DNA of 64,000 nucleotides from Antechinus flavipes (lineage: Eukaryota): contig NC_067403.1 of assembly GCF_016432865.1 (NCBI RefSeq), positions 200,694,001-200,758,000 of the forward strand. Reading direction: 5' to 3'. Shown piece by piece: positions 1-13,900 of the stretch (positions within the stretch are counted from its first letter, which is position 1; the number at the start of each line of letters is the position of its first letter). A program made the translations under genes and the position numbers. The notes below the pieces were generated by a model, which searched no databases, was not told the origin of the DNA, and saw nothing but the letters and a program-made list of their open reading frames with translations.

Positions 1-289
1 TCTAGTGCAGTCATCTAGTGCGCAGCCTCTTCAATTTACAGAAGAGGCAGCTGACGTAGAGGTGGCTCTACTAAGCCTTCCCTGGTTGAGGTAATCCTCA
101 CACCTATTCAGAAGGTCATTGTTCATGTCGCTTTAGGTGAAAGCAGAAGTATCTATCTCACATATTCTGGAGGACATCTCCAGTCTCTCAATCTATGAAC
201 TGCTGGGAATAAAAGTATGAAAGCTGAAATCTTAAGAAGCAGATCAGAGTGGCGCATGATTCTGAGGCATGTCTCAATATGGTTTTTGG

Positions 290-860
290 TTGTTTTTTTT
301 TTTTCCCAAATTTATTTTAAGAAACAGAGTAAGAAAAAAGAAAAACAGAGGAGCAATACAAAACCAAACAAAAGAGAACATTGTCATGTGTCCAGCAGAA
401 CATTAGGGAGGATTCAAAATATGCAACAACAAACTATCAGATGAAGAAAGTATATATTAGTAGAAGAAATTATATTTATTCATTATATTCAGTGTCCATC
501 TTTTCTTTACTTCCTTGTAAATTGTTCTTTTGTTCTATGTTGCACACATTTTTAAACTTTATTCTTTTTTCCCCCTTCTATTCCTCCCCTCCTCCAAGGA
601 GACTATAGTTAAAATAGGATATATTTATATATACATATTTTTCCTATCCCTGCTGACCCTTTGCTTTAATTCTGCTCCTAACTTTCCTTGCTATTACTTA
701 ACCTTCCCCTACCCATGGATCCTTCCCTTGTTTTCTTCTCTCACTCTTTGCTTTCCCATCTGCTCGTCCCTCCCCCTTTATTTCTTTATCTATTTTGGAA
801 GGTGCTATACCCTTCATAGTCTATATGTTGCCTATTGAACCCATTCCCAATATGAGTTGA
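290..860 (-). mobile_element. Old L1 3' UTR fragment
   Basis: T-rich start, then sequence resembling a marsupial L1 3' UTR; boundaries approximate. Confidence 0.6.
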
Positions 861-3814
861 TATGTTTTAAGGAGAGGTGCTATATGCCCTGCTGTTTGTC
901 ATGATGCCTCTGGCTCTAAAGCCAGAACCACCAAATTTAAAGGAGGAAGAGACCCCTAAAATGCAGCAGCTCTAAGGTAGAGAGTGCTTCCGAGGTGGAG
1001 GCACTCTGTTCTCTTTTAGGGAAAAGAGCGGAAATGTAGTGGGTCTGGTGTGTGACAAATGGTCCCAGGCAGTGGAACAAAGTAACTGCAATTCAATGAG
1101 AAGAGTCCTGACTCTGGGGTCAGAGGAGCTAAGTTCATATCCCCCTTGTGATGCTTACAATCTGTGTAATCTTGAAAGTCATTCAACCTCCCTTCAACTC
1201 AGTTTTCTTACTTAGAAATCAAGGGCATTAGATGAAGCAGCCTCAGAATTTCCTTCCAGCCCCAAATCCTTTCTCTGTAAAGTTTGGAGAATGGAGTTGG
1301 TTTAGTAGAGATCCATTTTGCATCTGTTGAGTGCAAGACATTTATGACATGATGCAGTTGAAGATGTGTAATAGATAAAGAATTGATATGAGTAGTATTG
1401 TTTCTGAGACATTAAGGTTATATAGCTAGTTTAAGCAAAAACAGAATTGAACCAATGGAAGTTTGTGAAGAGAAATGGTCATAGGAACAAAAATTTGGAT
1501 TTGGAAAAGGCCTTAAAAGCATCCAGTACAGGTCCCTCATTTTATAGATAATGAAACAGGCTCAGAGGTTACATGATTTACCCAGTACTGCACAGCTAAC
1601 GAATATGTGATGTAGAGTTTGAGCTCAGGTTTTCCTGACTCCAAATCCAGAATACTAGCCACTATTGCCTTAACCTCTCTCTCCCAAACTCCACTTGCAC
1701 TGGCAGGTTGGGTAGATGACTTATTTCTTCCCTCAGAGTTCTAAGGGTAACTCCAGGGTATTGAGAATTCCAGTAATATCACTGATGTTCACTCCCCCAA
1801 TATAGATCAATCGTTTGATATCTCTATAAGATCAAATAACCATTTTTGTACCTATTAACCTTTACAAAGGGATATTTACTGAGAAATTGTAGCAATGATA
1901 GAAGTACAGCAATGTTTCCTCTAGCAAAAGATACACATACATACCCATTTAGTTCCTGAGAAGAGTAGAATAAAATTTAAAGTAGTTGCTACAGAACCAC
2001 TTTAGGAAGGGAAGGCACTTCCTGGCCCCTATAGTTATTGTCTTCTTTCTTGAAGCACCCAACAAGTTCAATTCTGAGTGTAGTGTCACATCTTTAGATG
2101 TATCATTGCAATGGATAAGTCATTCCTTTGTTTATTTGGGCTGGTTTAACCAAATCATTCTTCTTGGTATAGAAAGAAAAAAGAAGCCAGAACAGAACCT
2201 TGGAGGCATGAAGAATGATTCAATAAATGAGACTGTGAAGGAAGAAAACCATAGGATAGTGGTATGAGTGGGAAGAGAAGAGGACGCAGGGAATATACAT
2301 GGTCTTTTCCTAACAGTTTGACTGTGAAAGGGAGGGAGAAAGCAGCCTTCTGTTTTAGAAAATCATTCTTACTAAGTGCAATTTTGTGAAATGTGCTAAT
2401 GCTCCAAAATAGCAGATCTAGGCGGAAGGAAGTTCACTCTTCTACCTCTCCCCTCTAGCATTACTATCCTCTGTGTGCAGACAAAACCCAGGTACCCATT
2501 TCATCTTATTTGAGTTGCTAGTGAGTCCTGGCCTTATGTAGCAGGTAATAAAAGAACTAAACTCCATTTACACTCAGAAATTTCAAGAAGTTATCTAATG
2601 TCCTGATCCAGGGATAATGAATGCCGAAGGGCATTGTCCTCACTATCACATGGCAGAAGGAAGTGCACTGTATGGAATCTCATTCCACCTCCCTCCTGCC
2701 TCCCCACCACCCTGTATCTTTACCATCCTGGACCCTGCCCCTTTTTTTTTTTTTTTTTTGAGGAGAGGACAAAAGAAGTACTATATATCCAGGCAAGAGA
2801 TTATGGAAGTTGTTGGCAGGTGCTCTTGCCACTGATAAGATACCACCTTCTCAGTAGTCAATGAATCACTAAGCATTTAGTGAGTACCTACTATATTCTG
2901 GGCACTCTATTAAGTTTTGGGGATACATAGAACAATAAAAACCTTTGCCTGCTTTAAAAAAGACTCCAACAAGGAAAACATCATGCAAACAACTATATGT
3001 AAATAAGATATATAGCTACATATGTCGCATATACATTTATATGTCACCGATATGTAGGTATATAGATTTACATGTCATATATAGACACACATGATAATTT
3101 AGAGATAATCTCAGGGGAAACACTGTAATTAAGTATATCTGGAAAAGGCTTCTTATTGAAGTTGGGACTTAAAGGAAACCCAGAAAGCCACAATGTGGAG
3201 TGAGAAGGATAGCCAGTGAAAATGCCCAGAGTTGGAAGATGGAGTGTGGTATGTGTGGAGCATCAAGGAAGTCAGGTCAATATGTGTGAAGGAATAAGGT
3301 ATAAGAAAACTGGAGAGGTAAATGAGCCAGGTAGTAAAGGCAAACAGAAAAGTTTATATTTGATCCTGGAGATGAAAGGGAGTCACTGGGGTTTATTGAA
3401 TGACTTGGGTGGAGTTGGATTTGGAATGCTCCCCCAAACTCTGACATAACTGTGTTTTAGAAAGAGAAGTTTGACAATAATTTTGAGTGAAATATTGACT
3501 GGAGTCTTAGAGACCTAAGGTATCTGTTTCTGTTGTGGTCAGGTGTGTGGTATCATTGATCCCTACTGTTCCATTGGTTATCTGGTCCTGGTTCTCCTGG
3601 GCCTCTGCCATGTCTAAGCCTCTTCTCCACCAGTGGAAAGTCCCGGTTTAACGAGTGCCTGGATAAACAGAGTAATGGACAGTTGAGGCTCCATTGGACC
3701 CCAATGCTCAATTATACCTAGGGGGGAGATTTATAGATTAAGGGGTTTTTTTTGGGCATTCTATCTCCCCTCCCCCTTTTCCTTAACTGGAGTAAGAGGA
3801 ACCCAGAGTATTTT

Positions 3815-4680
3815 TTGTTTCCTTTTTTTTTAAACAATATTTTATTTTTCCAAATACATGCAAAGATAGTTTTCAGTATTCATCTCTACAAAACCTTGTG
3901 TTTCAATTTTTTTCCCTCCCCTCCCCAAGACAGCAAGTAATCCTATGTAGGTCAAACATATGCAGTCCTTCTAAACATATTTCCATATTTGTCCTGCTGC
4001 ACAAGAAAAATTAGATCAAAAGGGAAAAAACCATGAGAAAGAAAAAAAAAGCTTCAACGGCAAAGATAAAAATACTATGCTTTGATCCACATTCAGTCTC
4101 CATAGTTTTCTCTGTGTCCAGATGGGCACTTTCTATCCCAAGTCTATTGATGGCCTTGAATCACCTCAATGTTGAAAAGTGCTGTCCATCAGAATTGATC
4201 TTCATATAATCTTGTTGTTGTATACAATGGTTCTCCTGGTTCTACTCATTTCATTTAGCATCACTTCATGTAAGTCTCTCCAGGCCTTTCTGAAGTCATC
4301 CTGCTGATCGTTTCTATGGAACGATAATATTCTATTACATTCATATACCATAACTTATTCATCCTTTCCCCAACTCGGTTTTCTCCAACTCAGTTTCCAA
4401 TTTCTTGTCACTACAAAAAGGGCTGTTAAAATTTTTTTGCCCTTGTGAGCCCTTTTCCCTTTATTATGATCTCTTTGGGATACAGGCCTAGTAGAGACAC
4501 TGCTAGATCAAAGTAGAGACACTGTGCTATGCACAGTTTGATAGCCCTTTGGGCATGGTTCCAAATTAGCATCCCAGAGTATTAGAATCACATTAAGAAA
4601 AGGAGATGTTTGGCTTTGATTTTCCCAGAGCTCCATACCACTTTGGTACTCTCCAAATTCATTCACTTCTGGGAAAAGCC
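3815..4680 (-). mobile_element. L1 3' end fragment (3' UTR and end of ORF2)
   Basis: Poly-T, then TTTTCCAAATACATGCAAAGATAGTTTTCA... and L1 ORF2 C-terminal motifs in reverse. Similar to the copy at 54611-55960. Confidence 0.8.
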
Positions 4681-5729
4681 CTATCTGCCCCATCCTGGTT
4701 ATGTTTCTTTTGGTGTCTGTTTTGAGAATGGGTCCTTCAAGTCTCTATCTTTTAGTTTACAATTGATTTGCCTTTGGTTTGGTTGGTTTTTTTCCCCTGA
4801 GATTTTGAGCTGACTATAATTTTCCTAATGAGAGTAATTGTGCTGTATCATTATTGCTCTGATTCCAGAGCCCCATGTAAAACTCTGTGGGGACCTAAAC
4901 AAATGGCTCCAAACTCAAGATCTAGCTTGTGTCAACTCAAGAATTATTTCATGATTTCAGTTCTTGCTGTTTTCATCTAGCAAGGTTCAGATTTGACCAT
5001 TTAGATTTCCCTTAGATGAATGGAACAGGAAGAATGTTTCTATTTCATCCCCATTCCCTCTAACTCAGAGCTATTGTTTTCAATAGTTTATACACATAAG
5101 CACTTAACTACTCAGTAGATGTGTAGAAAGAGAGTGCCTTTAGTCCTCCTGTGCACATTCAGATGGCTGTCTGCTGGACATAGTATAGTCCAAAGGAAAA
5201 ATTGTACCTGGGATAAGAAATCATGTTAAAGTTTCCGGGAGAGCCATCCCTTAATAGTTTCACAAATCCATATTCTTGGATGAAGATGGCTACCCAACTA
5301 GATAGATCCTTTGTAAACATAAAGGTCTATCCTCCTGTCTTCCACTGAGGCTTCAATTCTCATTGTCAGTTGCTAGTAGAGTATCAATTGGTACCTAATC
5401 TGCACTGGGAAAATAGTGCCTTCATTTGTTTGGTCATATTTAGTTATTTCTCATCAATATTCACAAAGTAATTATGTGGCTGAGGAAACTGATTCAATTT
5501 CATTTCTTTATTTTCCCCACATTTTAGACCAACCCAGCTTTGAGGGCTCTCTAAGCTAGAACCCCAAGAATCAGGTTCTGGAAAACAGGACTTCAGATAA
5601 CAAATGTACATCTTAGTACCAGAATCAATACGGTTTAGAGACTCCCAAACTAAAAAAGGCAAAATTTCCTTTTTCTCCTTTGCTAATTGTGATTTCCTTG
5701 TCCTCTCCCCTTGTTTTTTTTCTCTTCAG

Positions 5730-8700
5730 GGCTACCAAGAGAAGAACAAGTTTATTGCTGCACAAGGTAAAATCATGTTTACTTTATGCTTTTGGGCTTA
5801 TCCTCAGATCATTGGGCCTCAGAACCCCTAATGGGAAGGGTCAACCAGCTTTTTGGCTTTCAAACTGGTCATGGTAGACTCATTCTGCCTAGTTCTTTTT
5901 TGTCACTACATCATTTAGGAAGATTTTTAAATGACTGAAATTTGCCTTCTATTTTACTGAGAAGGATAATTTGTTCATTTGTTGTTCCTACCAAAATTTG
6001 CAAAGTCCTTTGATAGATTGTGTAAGGAACTCAAAGTATATTTCATACTATCAGACATACAAAAATAACCAAAATTAATATTAGAGAAAGTCACATGCAG
6101 AAGAGAGCTTACAAAATGCTATAAAGTTCAAGAGGAGAGAGAGTACTGATGACATAGTGTCCAGATAGCCAATGTATATTGGAAATAAGGCACCTGGTCC
6201 ACTCAGTTTGAATACCTTGAAGACTAAGCCCATGATAGGAAAAGTTATGTACATTTGTTTATGGTCATCTCTCAGAAATCTTCAGAGTTCAGGGCTGCAT
6301 AATCCAATCCAATTTCCTAAAGTGATACAGCTCCATACCAAACCATAAGTCTCCAATTTACACTCACAAACATTTAAGAGTCATAAAATTTCTAAAGCAC
6401 TCGAGCTCTGCCCCAGAATACCCCCATATTTGGGGCTTTGTCTTTGTCCTCGTAGCAACTGTAATGATAAGGATCAAGAAGGGATAGAGAAATTGAACAA
6501 AATGTGACCTCTGACTAAAGTTGTCATAGCAAACCTGTGCACAGCCTTGTGCAGAAATAAGCTACTGAAAAGAAGAGAATTTGGTTCTAGCCACCAGATT
6601 GGGTCCTTGGGATTTTCTCTGAATAAGTATCCTCTGCCGCTTTCTGTCAGAGGGAATTTTAGACCTCCCTGTGACACAGAGACAGATTTTTAAACAGTCC
6701 AAAGCAAGATCTGAAACTCCTTTTGGTTTTCTTACTCTCTATGTATCAAATGCACACACGTGATATCTTCCTCTTATTCCTCTTTGGTGTTGGCTGCTTT
6801 TAGGACCAAAAGAAGAAACAGTGAATGATTTCTGGAGGATGATCTGGGAACAAAATACAGCCACCATTGTCATGGTGACCAACTTGAAGGAGAGGAAGGA
6901 GGTGGGTACAGAGGAGTAAAGACCTTACTCCTTTTCCTGAGCCATAGTAGCAGCAATGACTAGAGCTGGGAGCCTTGAGGTAGGGGGATGTTTCTATGAA
7001 TATGGGCAAGTGTATGGGGGAGCCTGACCCTCATCCCAGCTCCCAACCCTTCAGGCTGCTGGGAGCTTTTCCAGACTTGGTACAGCGTTAAGCAACTTGT
7101 TCAGAAGGTAAAGCTCACTTCCCAATTGAAAAGCAAGTCAGAACTTGCTTTCCTAGGTGCTGGCTTCTGGTGCTGTCCAACAACTGTGCCTAAGGCCATG
7201 TTCCTGGGCTCGGGCCTCTTCCAAGCAGGGCAGAGGCTACTTGGGCTCTGGCACCAGGTCATCAGGCCTTTTGCCCCCAGCATGAGGCATGTGGAAAAAT
7301 CACAAATCACACATTCATGCTGCACAACTACCCTGTGAGAGGAGTGTAGGTATTATCTCCATCTCATAGATGAACAAACTGAGGTTCAAGGAAACCAAGC
7401 GATTCCTCCAGGGTTACAGTTAGCATCTGAACTGAGACTTCTCCATATATCTGACTCAGGTCTGACTCTTCAATCTTCCCATCAGGATACTTCCTCCAAG
7501 TCTGTGCCTTTCACAAACCATCCAGTAGAGGGTTCTTTGGGTCCATTGAGCCCAGGAAATAAAGAGCTCACTGGCTTTGCTCTAGCCAGGACTCCATTGA
7601 ATGGGAGGAACTGAATAATCTCATTTCCTATTTCAGAGCCATTTGAAGGTTAGGATTAGGAATTAAGGAAAGGGAACAAGTGCCCTAGAAATCTATTGAC
7701 AGCCTCCAGCCTGGCAACAATGATAAAAATTGGGTCTAGAGCCCCTTCCCTCTCACTCTGAGGTGGGTGTCCGAGATCCAACAAGCCAAAGCTGTCAGGT
7801 GAGGCCATTAGCTTGGTGCCTAAATCTCTCTTACATTGTTAGGTTTGTGGAGAGTCAAAAATCCTACTTTGGCCAAAATGTAGCTAGGAGTGAGATTGGC
7901 CTGGCATCTCCTCAGACCATTCCCAGTGTTCTCCTATAAGCAGATGAGAACACCTGCAGGATTGTTTTCACTGAGCATATTTGGACTACGGGTGGGTAAG
8001 ACTTCATTGTTTTAGAGCTAGTACAGACCCCTCAGAGAATCTGCCCATCCAGAGACCTGGGCTGAGCCTGGAGTTGGAAAATGAGCCTGAGAGAAAAGAG
8101 GAGACTACAATTAATTGTGAAGGCTAATTTAGACACTAATTCTTTTTTCTCTTTTGGTCGCTTACAGTTTTCTTGCTGTGTTTTGTTTTTATATCCCAAA
8201 CATTGACAATTATTCCCACTTCGTGAGAGATCTCTTGTAACAAAGTAAAACATTTAAGTAGTACTTGTCATACAGTAACCTGATCCGAAAGTAAGATATC
8301 TGTTGATAGTAGCTAATATCTTGAACTTAAAGATGAGTTGAAAGAATACATTCACCTAATGCTTATAAAAACCATTAGTCTTAATGTATATTTGTGGAGT
8401 TGCCAAATGGGCAGCATAACTGATTTGGGAAACTTCACCCAGATCTATATAAAAGTAATGGGGCATAGGATCCATCACTCTAAGACACTCCCACACAGGA
8501 GAAACACACAAAAATGTGGAAGATGAAGACATTACATCACTGTATGTTAATAAAAACTAATATTGGGATTGTTGAATGTTGTTGGAAGCAGCTTACACAC
8601 TTAGCATGTTTGGTGTATGGGTAATAGACAGTACCGCAGCAAAGTGCCACGAAGCACGCTCGGACTGGTCGGAGGAGAGTGAGCAGTAGCCATATGAGGA

Positions 8701-10940
8701 GCCCCAAAGGAGGAGTGTCCAGGAGGAAACTGTTGTTAGGCAGAGGTTAACCCTTAATTTGAAAGTACTGCTGGGCGATGTGGGAGAAGGGCCCCTTTCC
8801 TCTGTCCTTTCTTGTATCTGTGAGGAGACATCCCTGAGGTTACCTGGGCTGTGTGGGTCTCCTCCTTCAGTGTAAGTGTGCCCAGTACTGGCCGGACCAG
8901 GGCTGCTGGACGTATGGGAATATCCGCGTGTCCGTGGAAGACGTGACTGTTTTGGTGGATTATACAGTCCGGAAATTCTGCATTCAGCAGGTACAGACTC
9001 CTTTCCCTTCTCTGATTTTGTCAGTGGTTCAGTAATGCCCGGAAGGAAAGAAACATTTTGTAGAACTTCCCCAAGGGGCTCATCTGTCTGAAAAGGCTTG
9101 AACTGATGATTGTGACACCCTTCTAGGTCTCCGTATGTCCCACATGAGTGTTCCAGGCTGGACGTTAAAGCCAATCTTTCCCCTCCCCTGCAAAGGGTGA
9201 TCAGAATCCATCAACCATTTGCCTTAAGTAACCCTGACTTTATGAGATTCTGTGGGCTGTACTGTTTGGGGCCCCTTCCTGGCCCCCCATGTCCTTTCTC
9301 TTTTTCTAATTGTTGCTGGGTTCTTGCGAAGAGCCCACAGTTCTCCCTCCTCCTGGCCTCGGAGGGACCGAGGTGCATTGTACCTTCTCCATCCTCAGGT
9401 CGGAGATGTGACCAACAAAAAGCCCCAGCGCCTTGTCACTCAGTTCCACTTCACAAGTTGGCCAGACTTTGGGGTCCCCTTCACCCCCATCGGAATGCTC
9501 AAGTTCTTAAAGAAGGTGAAGACATGTAATCCTCAGTATTCAGGAGCTATTGTGGTGCACTGCAGGTGAGTCCTGGCCTCTCTTAGTTCGGTCTGCCTCT
9601 CGTCCAGTCCCGTTCTGCCCCATGGAGGGGTGGCTGGGTAGGAAGCCATCCTGGGGAACCGTGGGGTAAGGGGGAGAGGAGAGAGCCCCAAACTACATTT
9701 AGATGGCCACAGACCCCGCCTGGTCTTGGCCAAACCTTTGCAGCCCATGACCTTTCTCAGAGTTGGGAGTGCAGGGTGGGCTGTGGCTGAAAGCCTCGGG
9801 CTTGGGCTGCCCGGAGGCAGCGTTTGGACATCTTGCCTGACTCATAACACTCCTGTCTGACCTCAGCGCGGGCGTGGGGCGCACGGGCACCTTTGTCGTC
9901 ATCGATGCCATGCTGGACATGATGCATGCCGAGAGGAAGGTGGATGTCTATGGCTTCGTGAGCCGGATCCGTGCCCAACGCTGCCAGATGGTGCAGACCG
10001 ATGTAAGGCACTTCTCCTGCGGGTAAAGGGATAGTAAGGCTGGACCCCAACCCAGAACCAGCTCTAGGTTACAGGCCCGTCACCTCCCCCTGCGTGTAAT
10101 CGAGATCTCCTTCTTAGAGCTCTATTTGCCCACACTTAGGGGTATTTGTTGTTGGACTCACGAGTCTCCCTCTGGAACTACACCATCAGGAGCTAGTCTG
10201 TGTGGGAGAGCACAGAGTCACAGATTGGGGACAGTTCTGGTCTAAATCAAAGTCTGGGCAACGGGCACTCCCACAAGGGACCTATGAAGTCAGTCCGTGA
10301 GGGGTGCCTCCTTTGCTCCTTTAGATGCAGTACGTCTTCATTTATCAAGCATTGCTAGAACACTATCTCTATGGAGACACGGAGCTAGAAGTGACCTCTC
10401 TGGAAACACACCTGCAGAAAATCTACAACAGAATTCCAGGAAGTACCAGCAATGGGCTCGAGGAAGAGTTTAAAGTGAGTATGGGCTGGCCCTTGCAGCC
10501 AGACTCTCCCCTAAGTCTAGAGAACTCTGCACTGGGGAATGGAGAAGAGGGCAGCCATGTGAGGCACCGGGACAAAGCACAGGCAGCCTCTGGAGAATCA
10601 GAGAAAGGTGTGTTGGGGCCCAGAAACCCTCCCCTGAGCCCCTGGAGCCCAGCACCCACACTGGAGGCACCCTCTGATGAAGAAACCAAGATCTCTTCAA
10701 ACCTTTGATGTGAAGCTGAAAGGGGGTTTAGAAATCATCTAGGCCAATTCCTTTGTTATTTCTTTAAATTAAGGCCCATGATCCACAGGGAAGATCAGAG
10801 CCAAGAAGCAAACCACAGGAATAGAATTTAGAGCTGGGAACTCCCTAACTCCTTTTTTCTTGGGCTTGCCTCCAGACTCCTGCTCAACATCCTTTGCTGG
10901 TCTCACAGTTTCCTTTTTCTGTGTCTGTTTGTCTCTCTTT

Positions 10941-10987
<47 letters not shown>

Positions 10988-13900
10988 ACACAGCATTCTC
11001 CTGTGCTCATGTACAGTTGCTTCTGTCTTTTTTTCTATATCTAGGCCTAAGGAAGTAGCCTAGAAAAGTCAGGGGAGCATTGAGGAAAGGCATTATTTCC
11101 CATCAATTTTTTTGACCAGGGGTGAGGGAAAGGGGCTGAAAGGAGATATAGCAGAACCCAAACAAGTAAACAGAAATACTGGCTTCTGGTGGAGAATTCC
11201 TAGAGCCTGGGTGACCTATGAATTACCTGACCCAAAGATTCTCCCCATCCTCCACCCAATATAGAAGTTAACATCAATCAAAATCCAAAATGACAAGATG
11301 AGGACGGGAAACCTGCCTGCCAACATGAAGAAGAACCGAGTCCTGCAGATCATTCCATGTAAGAGAGCACTGTCCCTCTCCCAGAGTCCTCCCTAACTCA
11401 GACCTTGACTGATGGGAAATTATATAGACTCACTTCAAGACCAGATGGCCTTGTGTTCATCTCCCTACCCCAATTTGGTAAATTAAAAGCTCCAAAACAT
11501 CTTCCTCTCCCTTCATCCCTTCTACAGCCTCAAAGCCAGTGGGGGTTGGGGGGAAGCCCTAAGGAGGAAAGTCAGGGCTGGCTTTCCGTTTGTGGCAAAC
11601 TCTTTATTCTCTCTTATAGATGAATTCAACAGAGTCATTATCCCAGTCAAGAGGGGCGAGGAAAACACTGATTATGTGAATGCTTCCTTCATTGATGTAA
11701 GCAGTGCGGCTTTATCTTCTCTGGGCTGCAGAGTGACCTGACCTCTGTGCCCCAACTTTAGTCACTTCTGGGGATGCAGCCTCAGGCATCCTCCTCAGAC
11801 CTCAGACCCTGGAGTGAGACACATCCTGCCTTAGCCTCACTCCCAGGCCCCTCCAGAAAGGAAAAAAAATAGAAGCACATCCCGGCTTGGGGGTCAGGAA
11901 ATATTGAGTATATGCTCAGGTCAGCCAACTAAAAAGGTAAAGAAAGAAGTGCCTATCCCCAAAGCCTCCCACCTATTTGGCTGTGGGCACTGTTTCCCCA
12001 GACCCTACTTGCCAGGTTTTTATCTGGATCAGAGTTTTGTAGGGTCATCTGGGGAGAAACTGCAGAAAATGTCAGTGTACACACTCACCCCATCATCACC
12101 ACTCCTCCACCACTACCCTGTATCTGTTACTGCCAGGAAGATTCATATTTTCTACCCCTAACTAGCCCATCTCCTCTCCTCTACCTGATCCTCATAGGGC
12201 TACAGACAAAAGGATTCTTACATCGCTAGCCAAGGGCCTCTCCTGCACACCATCGAAGATTTCTGGCGGATGATCTGGGAGTGGAAATCTTGTTCTATTG
12301 TAATGTTGACTGAGCTGGAGGAGAGGGGCCAGGTAAGTTGGAGGAGGGAGGGCAGCAGAACACCCTAGAGATGAAGGGATAAAGCAGCCTAGAAAAATGT
12401 CTATATATCTCCTCTAAATAATTTCAGCTAATTCAGTAATAAGCACCTTTTGATCTATACAGCCGACCCTGCTAAGACCTGGGAAAGTAGCAGCATCTCC
12501 CAGAGGGGAACAGAGGACCCCAAATCCCAGGACAGGATTTTCAGTGGCACCTGGCCACCAGACACATTCTGAGATAACATGAAGTTACTAACCTGGCCTC
12601 CGCCACTCACTCAGTCCTGACTTACTCCAAGCCCATCTATAGCCCACCATTATATGGGGACAGGTAACAACGGGACACATCACCTCTGTCCCAGAGGCTC
12701 TTTCCCAATGCAAGAGTCTGGGTCACTGGAGACCTGTCCAGTTTCATCTGCCCCTACTACATACCTGGAACTGCAGGATCTGCCACTTTCCCCAAGGAGG
12801 ACCCTCAGCTTTCCTTAGGCATCGGACACAGGTCACGTTTTACTAATGCAATGAAGAATACAGACAGAAGGAGCCGCTAGGTAGTGCAGTGGATAGAGCA
12901 CCAGCCCTGAAGTCAGGAGGACCTGAGGCTTAGACACTTAACTTCAAACACTTAACACTTCCTGGGTTGTGTGACCCTGAGCAAGTTACTTAACCCCAAT
13001 TGCCTAAGCCCCCCCCCCCCAAAAAAAAAAAAGGAGTACAGATAGAACACTCCAAAGCTCACTGGAAATCCCCAAAAGTCCCTTTCTGGGAGGCTCTCTT
13101 CCACTCCTTATCCCCCTCCCTTCTAAGGGAGATTACATTGTTCTTTGTGAGAGTCAGGGGGAATCATCCCTATTTCCATTGAATATTGCTCTCCCCATTG
13201 GACTCCACCTTCACTGTTTTCCATCTCTTGTTTACAAAGCAGTTACTTTTTTCCCGGGAAAAAGTAGCAGCAGGATTAGGAGGCTGACAGTGTTGCAGCT
13301 TCTTTACTTCAGGGCCAGGATATTTCTAGACTAGTTGCTCTCACTTCTCCCCAGAAGATGAAGCTCCAGCTGCCCTAGGAGCTGAGTCAGCAAGGAACTT
13401 GAACACATGTCTTTAGTTCCAGGATCAAATGGGCTTGTGATTTTTCATTCCTTCTGGTTTTAATACTGTGCTGGGTCCCAAGAATCTCTAAAAGCAAAAG
13501 TGTTCTTCTGGGGCCACATGAGCTCTATTCTACTCAATCATCCTCCTCAATTGAATCTCCATTTTGCCCTCCATTTGGCTGAGTTAGGATGAATTTTCCA
13601 ATGTGCCCCTTCTTTCCTGTCTCTCAGGTAGGGTGCTTCCCATTGTTTAGCTTCTCCCATTCCTTTCCTCTTTTTTCTTCCTATTCAGTCTTTTTCCAGG
13701 TCATACAAATGAACTACTTTAGAATTGTTCTCTGTAGACCATTCTCTAAACCCTGAAAGAAATGTGAAGTTTAAAAAAGACATTCCTTCCTTCATGAACC
13801 TCATAGTTTAGTAGGTGGATAAGTCATAAACACAGACTATGGCAATGGTGTCCCATGATCCCATGAGAAGTGCTTCAGAAAGAGGCACACGCCCAGGACT

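Noticed and set aside
4488-4530. Local 12-bp duplication GTAGAGACACTG
   Set aside because: A small slippage event inside a dead L1 with no functional context.
12870-13032. tRNA-like A and B boxes (also at 17800, 26784, 46110 and 52891)
   Set aside because: These are heads of tRNA-derived SINEs with CORE bodies and A tails; there is no cloverleaf.
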